This document shows positions 26,538-41,005 of a DNA stretch of 64,000 nt, one piece after another. The translations under genes were made by a program, and so were the position numbers. Every line of letters begins with the position of its first letter. Within the stretch, counting starts at the first letter, position 1. Below the pieces are notes generated by a model, which did no database searches, was not told where the DNA came from, and saw nothing but the letters and a program-made list of their open reading frames with translations. Source of the stretch: Octopus sinensis (taxonomy: Eukaryota); assembly GCF_006345805.1 (NCBI RefSeq), contig NC_043002.1, forward strand, positions 81,468,001 through 81,532,000, written 5' to 3'.

Positions 26538-26927
26538 TAACAGCAAAGTAACAGTCACTCTTGTGAACAACACCGTCGCAGAGAATTTTGGGATTCGTAA
26601 ACTTAATTCCCAAGTTATGCATCGATTTCAAGAAATAAAAACAACCTCGGCAACAGGAAAACAATATTAACGATACCAGTGTATGCGTGTATGTGAGTGT
26701 TGTATGTATGTATGTATGTATGTGTATGTATGTATGTATGTATGTATGTATGTATGTATGGTGTGTGAAAGGTGGAGCGAAAAATTCACCACACACACAC
26801 ACACATATATTCATATATGTGCAAAGGTGCCCGCCACCACGCCAAAACAGACATACGTACGTATGTGTTTTATATATACATACATGTGTGGGTGTGTACG
26901 TGTGTGCGTGCATAAATGTGTGTGTAT

Positions 26928-26969
<42 letters not shown>

Positions 26970-27362
26970 GCAATATGTGTGCGTATGTTTGTGTTCGTGT
27001 GTGCGCGAGTGTCTAATAGGTGACATGTTGGTGAACTCGCGCTTGTGTGTGTTTGTTTGTGCGTACAACGTACGCAATACGTACACATAAATGTATAAAC
27101 AATAGTAATTACAGCGCAAGATAGCGTTTTTGTGCGTAAGAAATAAGTAAATATAGAAGAAAAAAAACAACTAATCTCTTATTTACTAGGTTCAGTCGTA
27201 ATATTTCATAGAATATAGCAAAGGAAAATATCGTTGTTTATTCAGTTTTATATTGGTAGAAGCAAATACATAAATATTAAAGAAGGAAGATGAAATAAAA
27301 ATGGCGGATTAAGAAGAAAACAATGAGTCAGCGACAGAGAGAGAGGGGGGAGAGAGAAGGTG

Positions 27363-27452
<90 letters not shown>

Positions 27453-27620
27453 CAAAAACAATGAGACAGAGTAAGATAACGTAAAGTAGAGAGAGTGTGT
27501 GACAGAGAGACAGAGGGAGAGTGAGTGATATAAGTATGTGGGGTAGAAATAGATATACAAACAAGCAGACAGGAGGAGGAGGAGGAGGGAATATATGTGG
27601 AATATATAGCTTTGTGCGTT

Positions 27621-27677
<57 letters not shown>

Positions 27678-27835
27678 GTACACAGACAGAGAGAGGAGAG
27701 AGATATTATAAGTGATGAAGGAGAGAAAGGTATGGGAGACTCAGAGGATGAAGGAGTATAGGATGGAAAGGAGAGTTAACTGAGGAAAGAGATAGCAAGG
27801 ACGTGGAAAATCATAAGAGGGGATAAAAAGTAAAG

Positions 27836-27916
<81 letters not shown>

Positions 27917-28289
27917 GTAAGCAGGTAAGTAAGCAGGCAGCCAGGCAGGCACGCAGACAGACAGATAGATATAGTCAAAATATAGAATATGAGTGAAGTA
28001 ATGATTTAGTATTGAAAACACGAAAGTGTTTTAGCTTTCACTTTTTTTATTAACGGTTTCTTTTTCGTATTATCATAATTATTACTTGTCATTGCTCTTA
28101 AACCTACAGCTACGTCACTACATCTTCGTAATCTCACCTTCTGGTTGAAGTGATGTTGGAGCATGTTGCTTTCGCTTTGTAGGAACCAAGGCCAATGCGA
28201 TTGTTTTATACATTGCTGCAGAGAATTTGAAATTAGTCTATCCGATTATACATCATATTTAGTGTTCACTTCTGCTTAATTTTATTTTT

Positions 28290-28491
28290 TTTTCAGTTAT
28301 TAGACTGCAGCGATGCAACGGTACCGCCTTGAAGAGTTTTTGGTCGAAGGAATCAGGTCCAGTAGTACATTCTTTAAAGGGTGGTACTTTTTCTATCGGT
28401 CTGTTTTGTCGAACCGTTTAGTTATGGGGATGCAAACAAACAAACGCAGGTTGTCAGGAATTGGAGGAAGACAAGGACACAAAGACAACAC

Positions 28492-28535
<44 letters not shown>

Positions 28536-28587
28536 ATTATATATATATATATATATTACACACACACAAACACACACAAACACACAC

Positions 28588-28648
<61 letters not shown>

Positions 28649-28810
28649 GGGAGTACTTTCAGTTTCCATCTCTCAAGTCCATTCTCAAAGCTTCGGTTGA
28701 CCCAAGTTTATAGTAGAAGACATTTGCTGAACATGTAAAGTAGTGCAACTCAACTCGAAACCATGTAATTGGGAAGCAAAAGAAATTTACATACGGTCAA
28801 ACCTACGCCT
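28290..28810 (-). mobile_element. Degenerate SINE group A with an expanded internal (TA)/(CA) tract
   Basis: 'ttttgtcgaaccg..agttatgggg..(TA)(CA)n..tttcagtttccatct..tagtagaagacatttgc'. Confidence 0.7.
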
Positions 28811-29064
28811 ATTCACACAGCCGCCGATTTGTTTTGTGCCATGCGGTTAAGTGTATTGCAATCCCTCCACGTCGTAAGTGCATTATGAAGCCGTAGAAGA
28901 GTGTCGGAAATGTATGACCGCTATAACAGTTAGTGTCGTGAAGTTTGCACTTTTACAAGTACGTAACAGCAAGCGTGTAATCATGCAAAGAAACAACAAA
29001 TGACCAACGTGATTTATAAATTTAATTGCAAAAAGGGGTAAATTTGAAAATATATACATCAACA

Positions 29065-29485
<421 letters not shown>

Positions 29486-30792
29486 TATAATTCTTAAACA
29501 AGAATGTGTTGAGAGTGACTTCGAAAGTTCAGCCAGCTAAGCCATCATATACATACATACATACATACATACATACATACATACATACATACATACATGT
29601 GTGCACGGGTATGCGTGTGGTTTGGAGAACAGATAAGGTGAGTTGAGAAAATAGATGTTTATTCTATTCGTAACAGCTGATATTTTACAGCTTATTCTCT
29701 GAGTTTCACGTCTGTACATCTCCACAGCTAAACTTCTATTATAAGGTATGTGCAAAATATATGGACTATAAATTAGGTCAGAATGAGTCTCATAAATATT
29801 AAGTCTCTAACATTTAAAAACAGAAATTTTTGCATCGACCTTTGCAAGGAAAATATTACAAAATAAGAAAAGAAAAATGTTTTATAAAAATAAATATTGA
29901 ATTAGGAAAGCGATAGAGGAACAACGAGGAAGACATAGAGCATGGGGTACAGAAAAAAAAAAACAGTTGGAAAGATATAAAAGAAGGAATAAAGGAAAGG
30001 GTATGTATAACAAAGCGAAAGAGAACATAAGAGAACGAACAGAATACAAAGATGTAAGGGGAAGAAATAGAGGAGGAAGAATATATAGAAGGAAGCGTTA
30101 GAAAATAGTCAGAAACAATAGATGCATACATGCATTAGATGGGTATGTACGTATGAAGATACGAAAAGATCGACATACGAAATATTAGATAGGTACACAA
30201 GTATGTAGATACGAGAAGACATATATATATATATATGTGTGTGTGTGTTGTGTGTGTGTATTTATGTATATATATATACGCTTGCTCATATGCAATAGAT
30301 ACGTATACAGTTGTATAGATACGAAGAAATAGATAGGCGTACGCGTATGTAGATAAGAAGCAGTATGTAAGATTATACGTAAGTAGATATGAAATAATAA
30401 ATACGCATAAACCTATGTAGATAGGAAGCGATAGACATGTATATACATATGTAGATATACAGTAATAGATATGCACACAGGTATGTAGACACAAAGCAAT
30501 GGACATATAGATACAAAATTACACATCCGTATGTATGTATGTATGTATGTATGTATGTATGTATGTATGTATGTATGTATGTATGTATGTATGTATGTAT
30601 GTAGATGCAGTAATCTTGGTTTACAAGAAGATAACAAAACATAAGTATATATTTCAGAAGAAAGAGGGGAAAACATGTAATATATATATATATCGATATG
30701 GAAATATAGGATGTAAAAATATTTTTTTTTAAAAACCATACATGTTTAAGAAGAAGAGAAAGAAGAAGAAGAAGAAGAAGAAGAAGAAGAAG

Positions 30793-30823
<31 letters not shown>

Positions 30824-31293
30824 TGACAACGACGACGACGATGATGATGATCATGATGATCATGATGATCATGATGATCATGGTGACGGTGATGATGATG
30901 AAGAGGGAAGGACGTGAAATGAAGAATGAAGAAAAGGAGAAAATTATTAGAGTAGAGATGAATGAAAAAAACTGTGTAAAGTATAATCATGTGTTTGTAC
31001 ACAAAAGCAGGAGGGAGAGAGAGAGAGAAAGTGAGAGGGGGAAAAGAGAGAGAGGGGGAAGAAAGAGAGAGAGAGAGCCAGTGTGAAAAAGATAGAAATG
31101 GAGAAAAACGATTGTAAGAAAAAGTAAAAAGAGAAGGGCATAAATGATAAGAGTACAAGAGAAATAGTTCAGCCCTGTCTCCCTCTCTTTCTGTGTGTCA
31201 ATGTGTTTGTATGAGAGTATTTGTGTGCGTGCGTGCGTGTGTATACGTGTGTGTAAGTGTATGTGCATGTGTTTGTGTGCGTGAGTGTGTGTG

Positions 31294-31336
<43 letters not shown>

Positions 31337-31604
31337 TGTTGTGTCTGTGTACTTTTCACCTGTGCATATCAGCGTAGGATGAGAGCATCGGTAAGGTGAC
31401 GAGGAAACCGAATAAATGGTGCTTACTGAACAAAAAGCCTCTTGCAATATTTGTCCTGCACCGAGTTAGATATTCCCCAAGTAACGTTCGTCGTCGCAAA
31501 AGTACAGTGAAACGGTGAGCAGCAAACAATCCATTGTAAACCTGCAACTAATTATGCTAATTTTCACCATCAGCCATACATACATACATACATAAATAAA
31601 TAAA

Positions 31605-31852
31605 TAAATGCGCCCTTTTAAAGCCTAGCCAGGCTCATGGGCTCGGTTTCCCGGTTTCAATGGCGTATGTGTTCTCCACCTGGAGAGGACGTCCATCTCA
31701 GCGTTACTCATTTTTGCCAGCTGAGTGAACTGGAGCAACGTGAAATCAAGTGGTTTGCTCAAGAACACAACACGTCGCCCGGTCCAGGAATCGAAACCAC
31801 AATCTTATTATCATGATGCTGACACCCTAACCACGAAGCTACGCGCCTCCCC
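31605..31852 (-). mobile_element. SINE group B (B1)
   Basis: Same sequence family as 940-1191, ending 'gcgcctcc'. Confidence 0.88.
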
Positions 31853-31884
31853 ACATACATACATACATACAAATGTAACCACAT

Positions 31885-32075
31885 GTGAATCGTTGGCGAT
31901 TTTCTTCCTCCGTCTTCCCTTCTTTTGGACTTTCCTCTATTTCTAAAGAAGAGTTTTTGCTCAAAACGTTAAACCATCTTTCTTTCCTCGCCTGAGCGTC
32001 TGCTAATACATTACATGTACCACGTCCTCGCGTTGTTGTTGTTTCATGTTTGTTCTTCTTTTTGGCGATTTACTA
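31885..32075 (+). mobile_element. Second Penelope-like terminal-repeat fragment; hammerhead core mutated
   Basis: Homologous to the reverse complement of 12840-13015; core reads CTAAAGA-A-GAGTTTTTGCTC-AAAACGTTA at 31943-31971. Confidence 0.6.
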
Positions 32076-32091
32076 CATACATACATACATG

Positions 32092-32415
32092 TGATGGCGC
32101 GTGGCGTAGTGGTTAGGGTATCGGACTCGCGATCGTAAGGTTGTGAGTTCGATTACCGGCGGTGCGTTGTATCCTTGAGCAAGACACTTTATTTCATGCT
32201 GATCCAGTCCACTCAGCTGGCAAAAATTAGCACTACTTATATTTCAAAGGAGCTAGCCTTGCCACACTCTGTGTCACGCTGAATCTTCCAGACAACTACG
32301 TTAAGGTACACGTCTCTGTGGAGTGCTCAGCCACTTGCACGTTAACTTCACGAGCCGGCCGTTCCGTTGATCGGATCAACTGGAACCCTCGTCGTCGTAA
32401 CCGACGGAGTGCCTG
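32092..32415 (+). mobile_element. SINE with the group B head/CORE body and the B2 tail
   Basis: Head GGCGCGTGGCGTAGTGGTTAGGG..GTTCGATT, 'ccttgagcaagacact', tail 'ccctcgtcgtcgtaaccgacggagtgc' shared with 10205-10582. Confidence 0.88.
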
Positions 32416-32555
32416 TTTACCCTGTTTACATACATACGTACACACATACACACACACACACAAACATACATACATACATACATACATACATACATACATA
32501 CATACATACATACATACATACATACATACATACATACATACATACATACATACAT

Positions 32556-33110
32556 GGTTGTCTACTCCTTATGCAGAGTTTGACCACCTCCTGTACCTAC
32601 ACCTTAGCACCATCATGGCATCTGATGTGGCTTTTTAAACCAGACAATGTTCTGAAAAGACACCTACATAGGTTGCACCTCCGATTTGGACCACCAAGAG
32701 CTGCAGTTAAGTTCTGCTCTTTGTGGATCTTAAAGTGTCTCTTGAGGCTTCCGTTGGATTTGCAAAACCTTCTGCCATACACTGCATTCAAAGATGTGCA
32801 CAGATATAAAGGCAGAATAGCTGGCGGAGGTTTGTTTTCCATGCGTTTGCAGATGAGATTTGAGGTCAGCCAAAGACAGGCATGTTCTGCCACAGACTGC
32901 ACACAAAAAGGTCATTGGCATTCACCTTCTCGATCGTTACATTCTTCCTTAGATTTCTTTTGAGTCTTACTTGTTTTATCATGGCCTCTTCAAATGATTT
33001 CACTCCACTCCACGCTTTTGTTCGCCATCCAACTCGATCCGAAGCAAGGGTTTCTATATCTTTCCAGTGACTTCATAGTAGTCCTTATGCCGTTTTTAAA
33101 ACCTTTATAC
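32556..33110 (-). mobile_element. RTE-clade LINE 3' end encoding three tandem C2H2 zinc fingers (decayed)
   Basis: Upstream 'LASDR..WR...G...FE' RTE C-terminal motif, then CAVCGRTCLSLADLKSHLQTH, CSVC(+1 nt)RRFCKSNGSLKRHFKIH and CNLCRCLFRTLSGLKSHIRCH; stop at 32597. Confidence 0.8.
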
Positions 33111-34340
33111 ATACATACATAAATACATACACACATACAGGCATGCATACGTGCTTAGATGCATATAAACACCCACATAATTAAAGTGAGTCGGTACAGT
33201 CTTTAGAGAATTGAATAAGACGTCTTGTAGTGTTTGTCTTCGATCTCGTTGATCTGGGTTCAAAAACCGCCGATGTAAACGTTGCTTTTAATCCTTTCTG
33301 GGTCGATAAAATATTCGTCCAATACAGCGGTATACATCTCTCTCCTTCTCACTCTCTTTCTCTCCTCCTCACTCTTTCTCTCTTTCCCTCTCCCTCTCGC
33401 TCCCATTCTCACTGTTTGTCCGAGTGCGTTGGTATGTATGTACGCACGCGCATGGAGGAATTCAGCAGTGTTCAGAACTGAAGAAGAATATATCTCTACT
33501 AGTATTAAAATACCAAAGAATCGCCGTATGCTAGTACGGTACCTCCGCTACTCCACTTAGAACTTAAGGATCTCCTATTACCCATATATATTACATAAAC
33601 ATGTTTAAAATATATGCCTAAGAATGGTGTTGGAATGTGCGTAATTGAATTGAAATACACTCAAAGAATAAGTTAGTAAATATAGACATGGTACAAAGAT
33701 AATAGGCAAACGATAAAACTTTTCAGATCTAAATTAGTAGGCATAAAATATGAAAGAAAGAATAATCTAGAACGAAAAAAATAATGAAAAAGAAGGGAAG
33801 TTATCAATAAGGTTGGGTGGAGAAATAAAACTAGAATAATACAAAATATGATAAAATATGATAAAATAAAATAGAATGAAACAAAATAAAACGAATTTGA
33901 AAGTTAGGAGAACGCCATCAGAGCTTTTCAAGATGGATGGCAGTTGACATCTTTCAATATAAAAGACTTAGAGGTTTGCGAAGGAGGTGCAGAGCGCATA
34001 CGTTTTTATTTTTCTTGTGTGTGTGTGTGTGTGTGTGGTATGTACATATATGTGAAGAATAAAAATACGAAGGTGTCTAGAAGAAAATGAAGAACAACAA
34101 CAACAACGGAATCAACAATGATGGCGACTACGATGGCGTCGGCGGGGGAGGATGAGGAAAGGGGAAGAGAAAATGGTAAGTGACGGCAACGACAGCAACA
34201 ACACAACAACAACAACAACGCTGGCAACAAAAGAAAGCACCAAAACAGAAAGATTGCTTCGGAGAGATCAAAGAAATACGAAAGAACAGAGGCAGAGAGG
34301 AAAGACGGGAGAAAAAGAGAGAGAGAAAAATGTAAGATAG

Positions 34341-34384
<44 letters not shown>

Positions 34385-34751
34385 AAATGTGAATGTGTGT
34401 TACGTCTGTGTGTGTGTGGAAAATTGTGTTGGCACTCATACACACACATATACGCACATACACATGATTTGTGAAGTTTTCAGCTTCCAATAAAATCTGG
34501 CACACACATACATATATATGTGAGTGTGTGTGTGTGTGTGTACACATATGCATACATATATTTACATATACATACATACATACATATAGTTTATATATAT
34601 ATATATATATATATAATATCTACATATATGCATACACAGACATATACACATACATACATTTATATTTATATATTTAGATACACAGAAACACTTCCAAATA
34701 CCTCACACACACACACACACACAGAAAAAGAGAGAAGATGGAAGTGAGAGA

Positions 34752-34807
<56 letters not shown>

Positions 34808-35124
34808 AGAGGGTATGTGAATGTGTGAAGGGAGAGAGAAGAGGAAAATAGTAAATTTTGTCTGAAGTAATATACTGCAAGCCAGCTGCAAGCCAGAACA
34901 CTTGTGATTAATGATATTCAAAGTCCTGGCGCTGGTCTGAGATTCTGAGAGCAAGCGAGAGAGATAGGAGGAGAGAGAATGGAGAGAGAGAGAAGGGGGA
35001 GAGAGGGAGAGAGATTGAGTGGGAACAAATTCAATATGTAAGAACATGAGACAAATAATAATTGGTTCTCATTTAGGCACAAGACCAGCAATTTTTTTTT
35101 GTTTTGTTTTTTTGAGGAGACATA

Positions 35125-35285
35125 AGTACATGCCATCGACCTCAGTACTTGACTGGTACTTTATTTTATTGACTCCGGAAGAATGAAAGAATGAAAGTTG
35201 AGGTTGGCAGAATTTAAGCTCGAGATGTAAAGACTGGCAACTAGATACCACAAGGCATTTTGTTAGATACTGCATGAATTCAGCC
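35125..35285 (-). mobile_element. Degenerate SINE group C
   Basis: 'tcgacctcagtacttgactggtactt..gaatgaaagttgaggttggcagaattt'. Confidence 0.55.
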
Positions 35286-35304
35286 AGTTGCCTGGTCTGA
35301 TGAT

Positions 35305-35782
35305 AGGGAGGAGGAGGAGGAGGAGGAGGAGGAGAGGAAGGAAAGGAGGAAAAGATGAGGAGGAGGAAGAAAAGGAGGGAAAAGAGGAGGATGGGGAAGA
35401 GGGGGAGGGGAAGAGGAAGAGGGGAAGAGGGGGAAGGGTGAGGAGGAGGAGGAAGGGGAAGAGGAGGAGGAGGGGGAAGAGGAGGAGGAGGGGGAAGAGG
35501 AGGAGGAGGGGTGAAGGGAAGGAGGAGGGGTGAAGGGGAGGAGGAGGGGTGAAGGGGGGGAGGAGGGGTGAGGGAAGGGGAGAAGGAAAAGGAGGAAAAA
35601 GAGGAGGAGGAGGAGGAGGAGGAAAAAGAGGAAAAGGAGGGAAAAGAGGAGGAGGAGGAAAAAGAGGAAAAGGAGGAAAAGAGGAAAAGGAGGGAAAAGA
35701 GGAAAAGGAGGGAAAAGAGGAGGAGGAGGGAAAAGAGGAAAAGGAGGGAAAAGAGGAGGAGGAGGAGGAGGAGGAGGGGGGG
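35305..35782 (+). repeat. ~480 bp essentially pure-purine (GGA/GAAAA) compound repeat
   Basis: Almost only G and A; sub-repeats GAGGAAAAG, GGAGGGGTGAAG and GGGGAAGAGGAGGAG. Confidence 0.95.
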
Positions 35783-36429
35783 TAATTGCTTCAATTTTGG
35801 CCATAAAGGCCACATAAATGAGTAGATAAGACAATCAGAAAAAGAACTCCACACAGAGGGGTATTTACGACAAAATCAATGAATAAACAATAAAATTTTA
35901 ACAACGAATAATTTGCTAAAAGTATGTAGGCATCTGATGATCGCCCGTGAAATTCCCACAAAACCACGGTAACCCTGACAACTAGGGCAAGTGTCTTCCC
36001 TTCATTCACCTCTCTAAATCTACAGGTGCATTCTCAGAACAGACTGTTCATTTGGACCATCCTTACAAGTCTGTCCATATTTTAACGGATTGTTGGAATG
36101 TTGCATATCTCTCTCTACACTCACTTTCCGTTTCCAGTGAAAGTTCATGAGGGTTTGACCAAAGAGTAAAGTGTCTGTCTTCTGTCGCTTTGGTCCACCA
36201 CAAAACCTCTTTCCAAGGTGCGTTTTTTAGGCACCTCTTCTAAATTTCTAAGTATGTTTCCCTATTTTTTATAGCGTTTAGACCTTACTAAACCTTTTTT
36301 TTATTTTACTTTAGTCTCGTGGTGGTGTAGGAAAAATATAGTACAACAAAAACTAAAATTACTTTTTTCAAGAGAACAAAATTCTCTAACAACTTATGAG
36401 TGCCAAGACGAGGTATTTCTCTTGCAAGC

Positions 36430-36589
<160 letters not shown>

Positions 36590-36979
36590 ACACTGTCCAA
36601 ATAAAATAGCCCTGCTAGGAACAGCCGACATCCTACGCAAGACACTATCAATCCAATAATACAACCTAAACAAAACAACCCACGCGTAAACGACACATTC
36701 TATACAGCAGTGACGCTGTAAAATAAACTTCCACCAACAAGCCAGAACACGAAACCATTACGCACTCAACACACAATACAAGCAGTAACACAACAAAAAA
36801 CTGCACCACACCTCAAGAGAAAAAAAAACTAACACAATACAGAACCGGGAAGAGTTTGCACACTTCCAACAACAGAAAAAAAAACATACAATGCTGAGCA
36901 CATCCCAGCAGCACGGAGGTGTAGCAAGCTGGTGATGCTGTAGAAATTTGTCTCAATCTACCAAATATTGAACAGTTAT
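36590..36979 (+). mobile_element. 3' end of an R4/Dong-like RLE LINE (last codons plus 3' UTR) with an AAT tail
   Basis: KIALLGTADILRKTLSIQ* matches the RLE-LINE terminus (compare LQKTTLLGTA at 46982); (AAT)n on both sides. Confidence 0.7.
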
Positions 36980-36995
36980 ATAATAATAATGATTA

Positions 36996-37556
36996 TAAAT
37001 GCCCTGATGCAATACCAGGCAGTGGCTCTCACGGCTTCTAATCTTAACCGATTGGAAGTGTTATCATGTATATGTTTTGTCTTGGTGTAAAAGATGGGCT
37101 ACAGCAAATATTCTGCTGCTCAATACTGCAGATTTGCTTGTAAGATGTTTGACCTTAACCATTTGAGCATGTTCCTTGGAGGTTGGACAATATGTGCATC
37201 TATGATCACGAGCAGAAGTAGTGGGGGGCATCTTAGAGATGTGATGAGAGGAATTCTTTGGCGTTTGAATAATTCATCTCTGGAAACATGGGTGTTTTGT
37301 TCAACATCCTTAAATAAAACTTATTCAGAGATCTTTTGAGCGGTATGGTCCGCAGGATTTAAAGAAAATTCTAACTGGCCTCCACCTGCAAGGTCATGCA
37401 CTGTTTATCTTGTCATGAGATCACCATGTTGCGCACATATGGTTTTGATGCCTGTGCCTGGTGTACCCTTGTCAGATAGATAGTCATGATGGGTATATCG
37501 GGCTTCGTATATTTGCACTCCAGTGTCGCTTTGATGACATACCAGCTCTCTCACTC
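36996..37556 (+). mobile_element. Unclassified ~560 bp interspersed element ('X') flanked by (AAT)n
   Basis: Second copy in reverse orientation at 47719-48150; both end CTCTCTCACTC-(AAT)n. Confidence 0.8.
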
Positions 37557-39461
37557 AATAATAATAATAGTAACAACAGCAATTTTAAATTTTGGCACAA
37601 AGCCACCAATTTTAGGAGCGGAAATCAGTCGATACCATCAACCCCAATACTTCACTGACACTTTATTTTATTGATCTTGGAGGAATAAAAATTAAAATTG
37701 ACCTCACCAAGTTTTTTTTTCTATTTGCTAGAGTGCTCATTCATACTGTAGCAACGTATGGGTCTACTGAAACAAATTATATGAAAGAGGTCTACTGAAT
37801 GGGTCTACTGAAACAAATTATATAAAACCAAAGAGAAGGATAGCGATGTCATACAAAATATGGAACGAGATGAAAGTTTGCAAAATCGAATGAATACATA
37901 GAAGAAACAAAAGACTTTAGGAAAAAAAAAGTTATGATAAAATAAGATATAACAAGAAATTAGTCGACTTAGATTGGATCGGATCACACCACGACTTTAT
38001 CATTTTAATTCTCCATATTATCATTTCGTCCAGGTACCAAATATTGATGAAAAGGCGAGTGAGCAGTTCGTACGAAAAGCGGATGTTGGTCCAGGTAAGA
38101 AATAGTCCACATCTTGATTGTTGTTTAGGTAAGGTGTTCAACAAATATATAATGAAATACATAGAAGTAATCTGTCTCCGACCTATATATACTGCGTCGT
38201 AGGTTTTCACCTCTTCGCAAAGCAGTATATTATCTTTTCATAAATGTTCTATTAAAAGGAATTTCCTCTTCCATTTAATGTCAGTTTTTTTTTTCCAAAC
38301 TCTGTAAATATGCCGGTGCCTTCGAACCACACCTTGAACTATTTTTGTTGCCTTCTCCATAAGGTCATTTCCTTTTTGTTTGTATTTTGGCAGGGTGGTG
38401 TCAAATTTCACTTTATTTTTTACGCTCCTTATCAAAACGATAATGAAAGAGCAGTGTCACGAGTGGGCACGCATCACAGTTCATTTCTGGGACCGACGAT
38501 GTGGAAAGTTTTCCATTCACTCACCAAGCTGCATTCAATGGTATGATTGGTTGAATAACTGCAGCAACATCCTCCGGAACAATGAACGATATTTCTCTGG
38601 TGACTGGAGCTGTCATCACCACATTCTTTTCTCTGCTTCTCCAGCTCTTCGAAGCAAAAAGCCTTCTAATATTTCTTCCAACCATTGCTATTGCAACCGA
38701 TCCTTTCTGTCCTAGAACATCAATTTTGTGTGACCATTGCTACCAACCTCACAGCAACAGGCCTCCTGTTCTGTAGAATCTGATTGATTGACATCTCCTT
38801 TCATTTAGCAAGGCATTAGCTCAGTATAGCTCCGTGATTTTCAGGCTAACGACAGCAACAAGAGCTCCGTAATAACCTTACTCAATCATTTACTGCTGAG
38901 GGCCAGACTTGCAATCACCATCTGTCCGTATTATACCGCAAAGATAAAGACAATCAAATGTTAAACGTCAGACAAAGTGAGCATCAACTTCTATAAGCGT
39001 GATTCCATATGCTTCTCCTATGTGCTGCAGCATCAAACGAAAGGCAGACGTAAAGCCGACAAGTTCGACTAAAGGCCACACTCGAGATTACATATAAGCT
39101 GCTCTTACTGAGAGAATATACACCCTAATACACATTTAGGAGGGAAAAGCTGATAACATATTATACTAAAGTTGCAAATATTTATTTTTATACACGTTTG
39201 TAATACCTTTCGTCCAACGCACGCAGTGTGGCACTATATGCATATACTTACATATATACATACATACATACATGTATACATACATACATATATTTATGTA
39301 TGTATGAATATGTAAGCATGTATATATGTATGTACGCATGCATGTATCTATGTATATATGTATGTATTCGTGTATGTATGTACTTATGTGTACACACTCA
39401 TAGATATCCACGTATATACGTGTGTGAGTGTATACATGCATATATACGCATGCACACACAC

Positions 39462-39511
<50 letters not shown>

Positions 39512-39582
39512 ATATATATACACATATGTATATATATATATATACACGCACATACACACACAACATATATATACACACACAC

Positions 39583-39626
<44 letters not shown>

Positions 39627-39728
39627 TATATGCAAACACACACACCATAACATGTATTTATGTATGCCTATGTACGCATGTGTGTGTGTTGGTATATCTG
39701 TGTTTGTGTTTGTCTGCACCTTTGTCTG

Positions 39729-39770
<42 letters not shown>

Positions 39771-40115
39771 GTAGAGATTTAGTGTGCGCGTGCGCATGTG
39801 TGTCTGTCTGTCTGCGTCTGTGTGCCTGTGTGTGTGTTTCTCCACCATGCCTTTCAACAATACACAACTGCATGTTTTCAATTTGCGTGATCTAATACAT
39901 TTTAATCTAGAAGTGATAAAAAAAATAGTTTTTCTTGCTAAATAGATAAAACCAAGAAAGAAATATCTTGGCTTTTGTAAGTTTTCTTTGCCGTATAAAA
40001 TAAAAGAGGATCTTGCGAAAGAGGAAAAGTTAAATTGTGGAAATGTGTCATGCGCAGTGAGTCTCTGACATCATTCGATGTATTATTATAAGTATGCGGT
40101 GTACATACATACATT

Positions 40116-40157
<42 letters not shown>

Positions 40158-40873
40158 ACACACACACACACACACCACACACACACACACATACATATAT
40201 ATATACTGATGTGCTATCTTCCTTTACGAATTATTTAAATACTTAATAAAAATCAGGATTTGTTTTCTAACTAAAAAGCAAAGCACCATCGCTTGATTTC
40301 CGCTAACACAAACGAAAAAGAGTCACATACTGGACTTGAGAAGGAAAATCTTGCATGGTTTTACTATTCTGCTTACACAGAACCGCAAGCTTTTCAAGAT
40401 TGGCCTTGTATAGTTATTAACATTTGCAAGAATCAAAATAATTAAAGGTGTTAATATTTATGCATAAGCTCGGTCGAGAAATCTGTAGGTTTTCATGTAG
40501 TTATCTGTAAATATTCTCTCATACTGTTTTTGAAAACAAAACAGAAAATGTTCACATCTGGGAGGCATCTGACCTGTATGATTGCGCATCGTTTTTCTTT
40601 TTTTCTATACAGGATAGGAATAAATCTATGACTTTATAAATGTGTATTAACGTGGTTGGGTGTGATGAATGTAAGCGTGCAGGAGTTTCAGCGTACGCTA
40701 AAGAACAAGTTACATAGTGATTTATATACAAATACACAAACTCTCACACATGAACATAGAAACAACATACACACACGCACACATGCACACGTATGAATAT
40801 ACAAATATATATATATATATATCAATGTATCTATTTGTGAGTATATACATATATTGCGTGTGCAAATATATAT

Positions 40874-40906
<33 letters not shown>

Positions 40907-41005
40907 TATATATAATATATATATATATATAATATATATAATATATATATATATATATATGAATTCATATATATGTATACACAGGTATGTGTGTATCTAT
41001 ATATA

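Noticed and set aside
28930-28943. 14-nt match (GTTAGTGTCGTGAA) to the right terminus of the foldback
   Set aside because: Similarity does not extend on either side; probably chance.
32597-32921. Host C2H2 zinc-finger gene
   Set aside because: No TGEKP linkers, a frameshift, a directly upstream RTE C-terminal motif and a microsatellite-bounded truncation; treated as LINE-derived.
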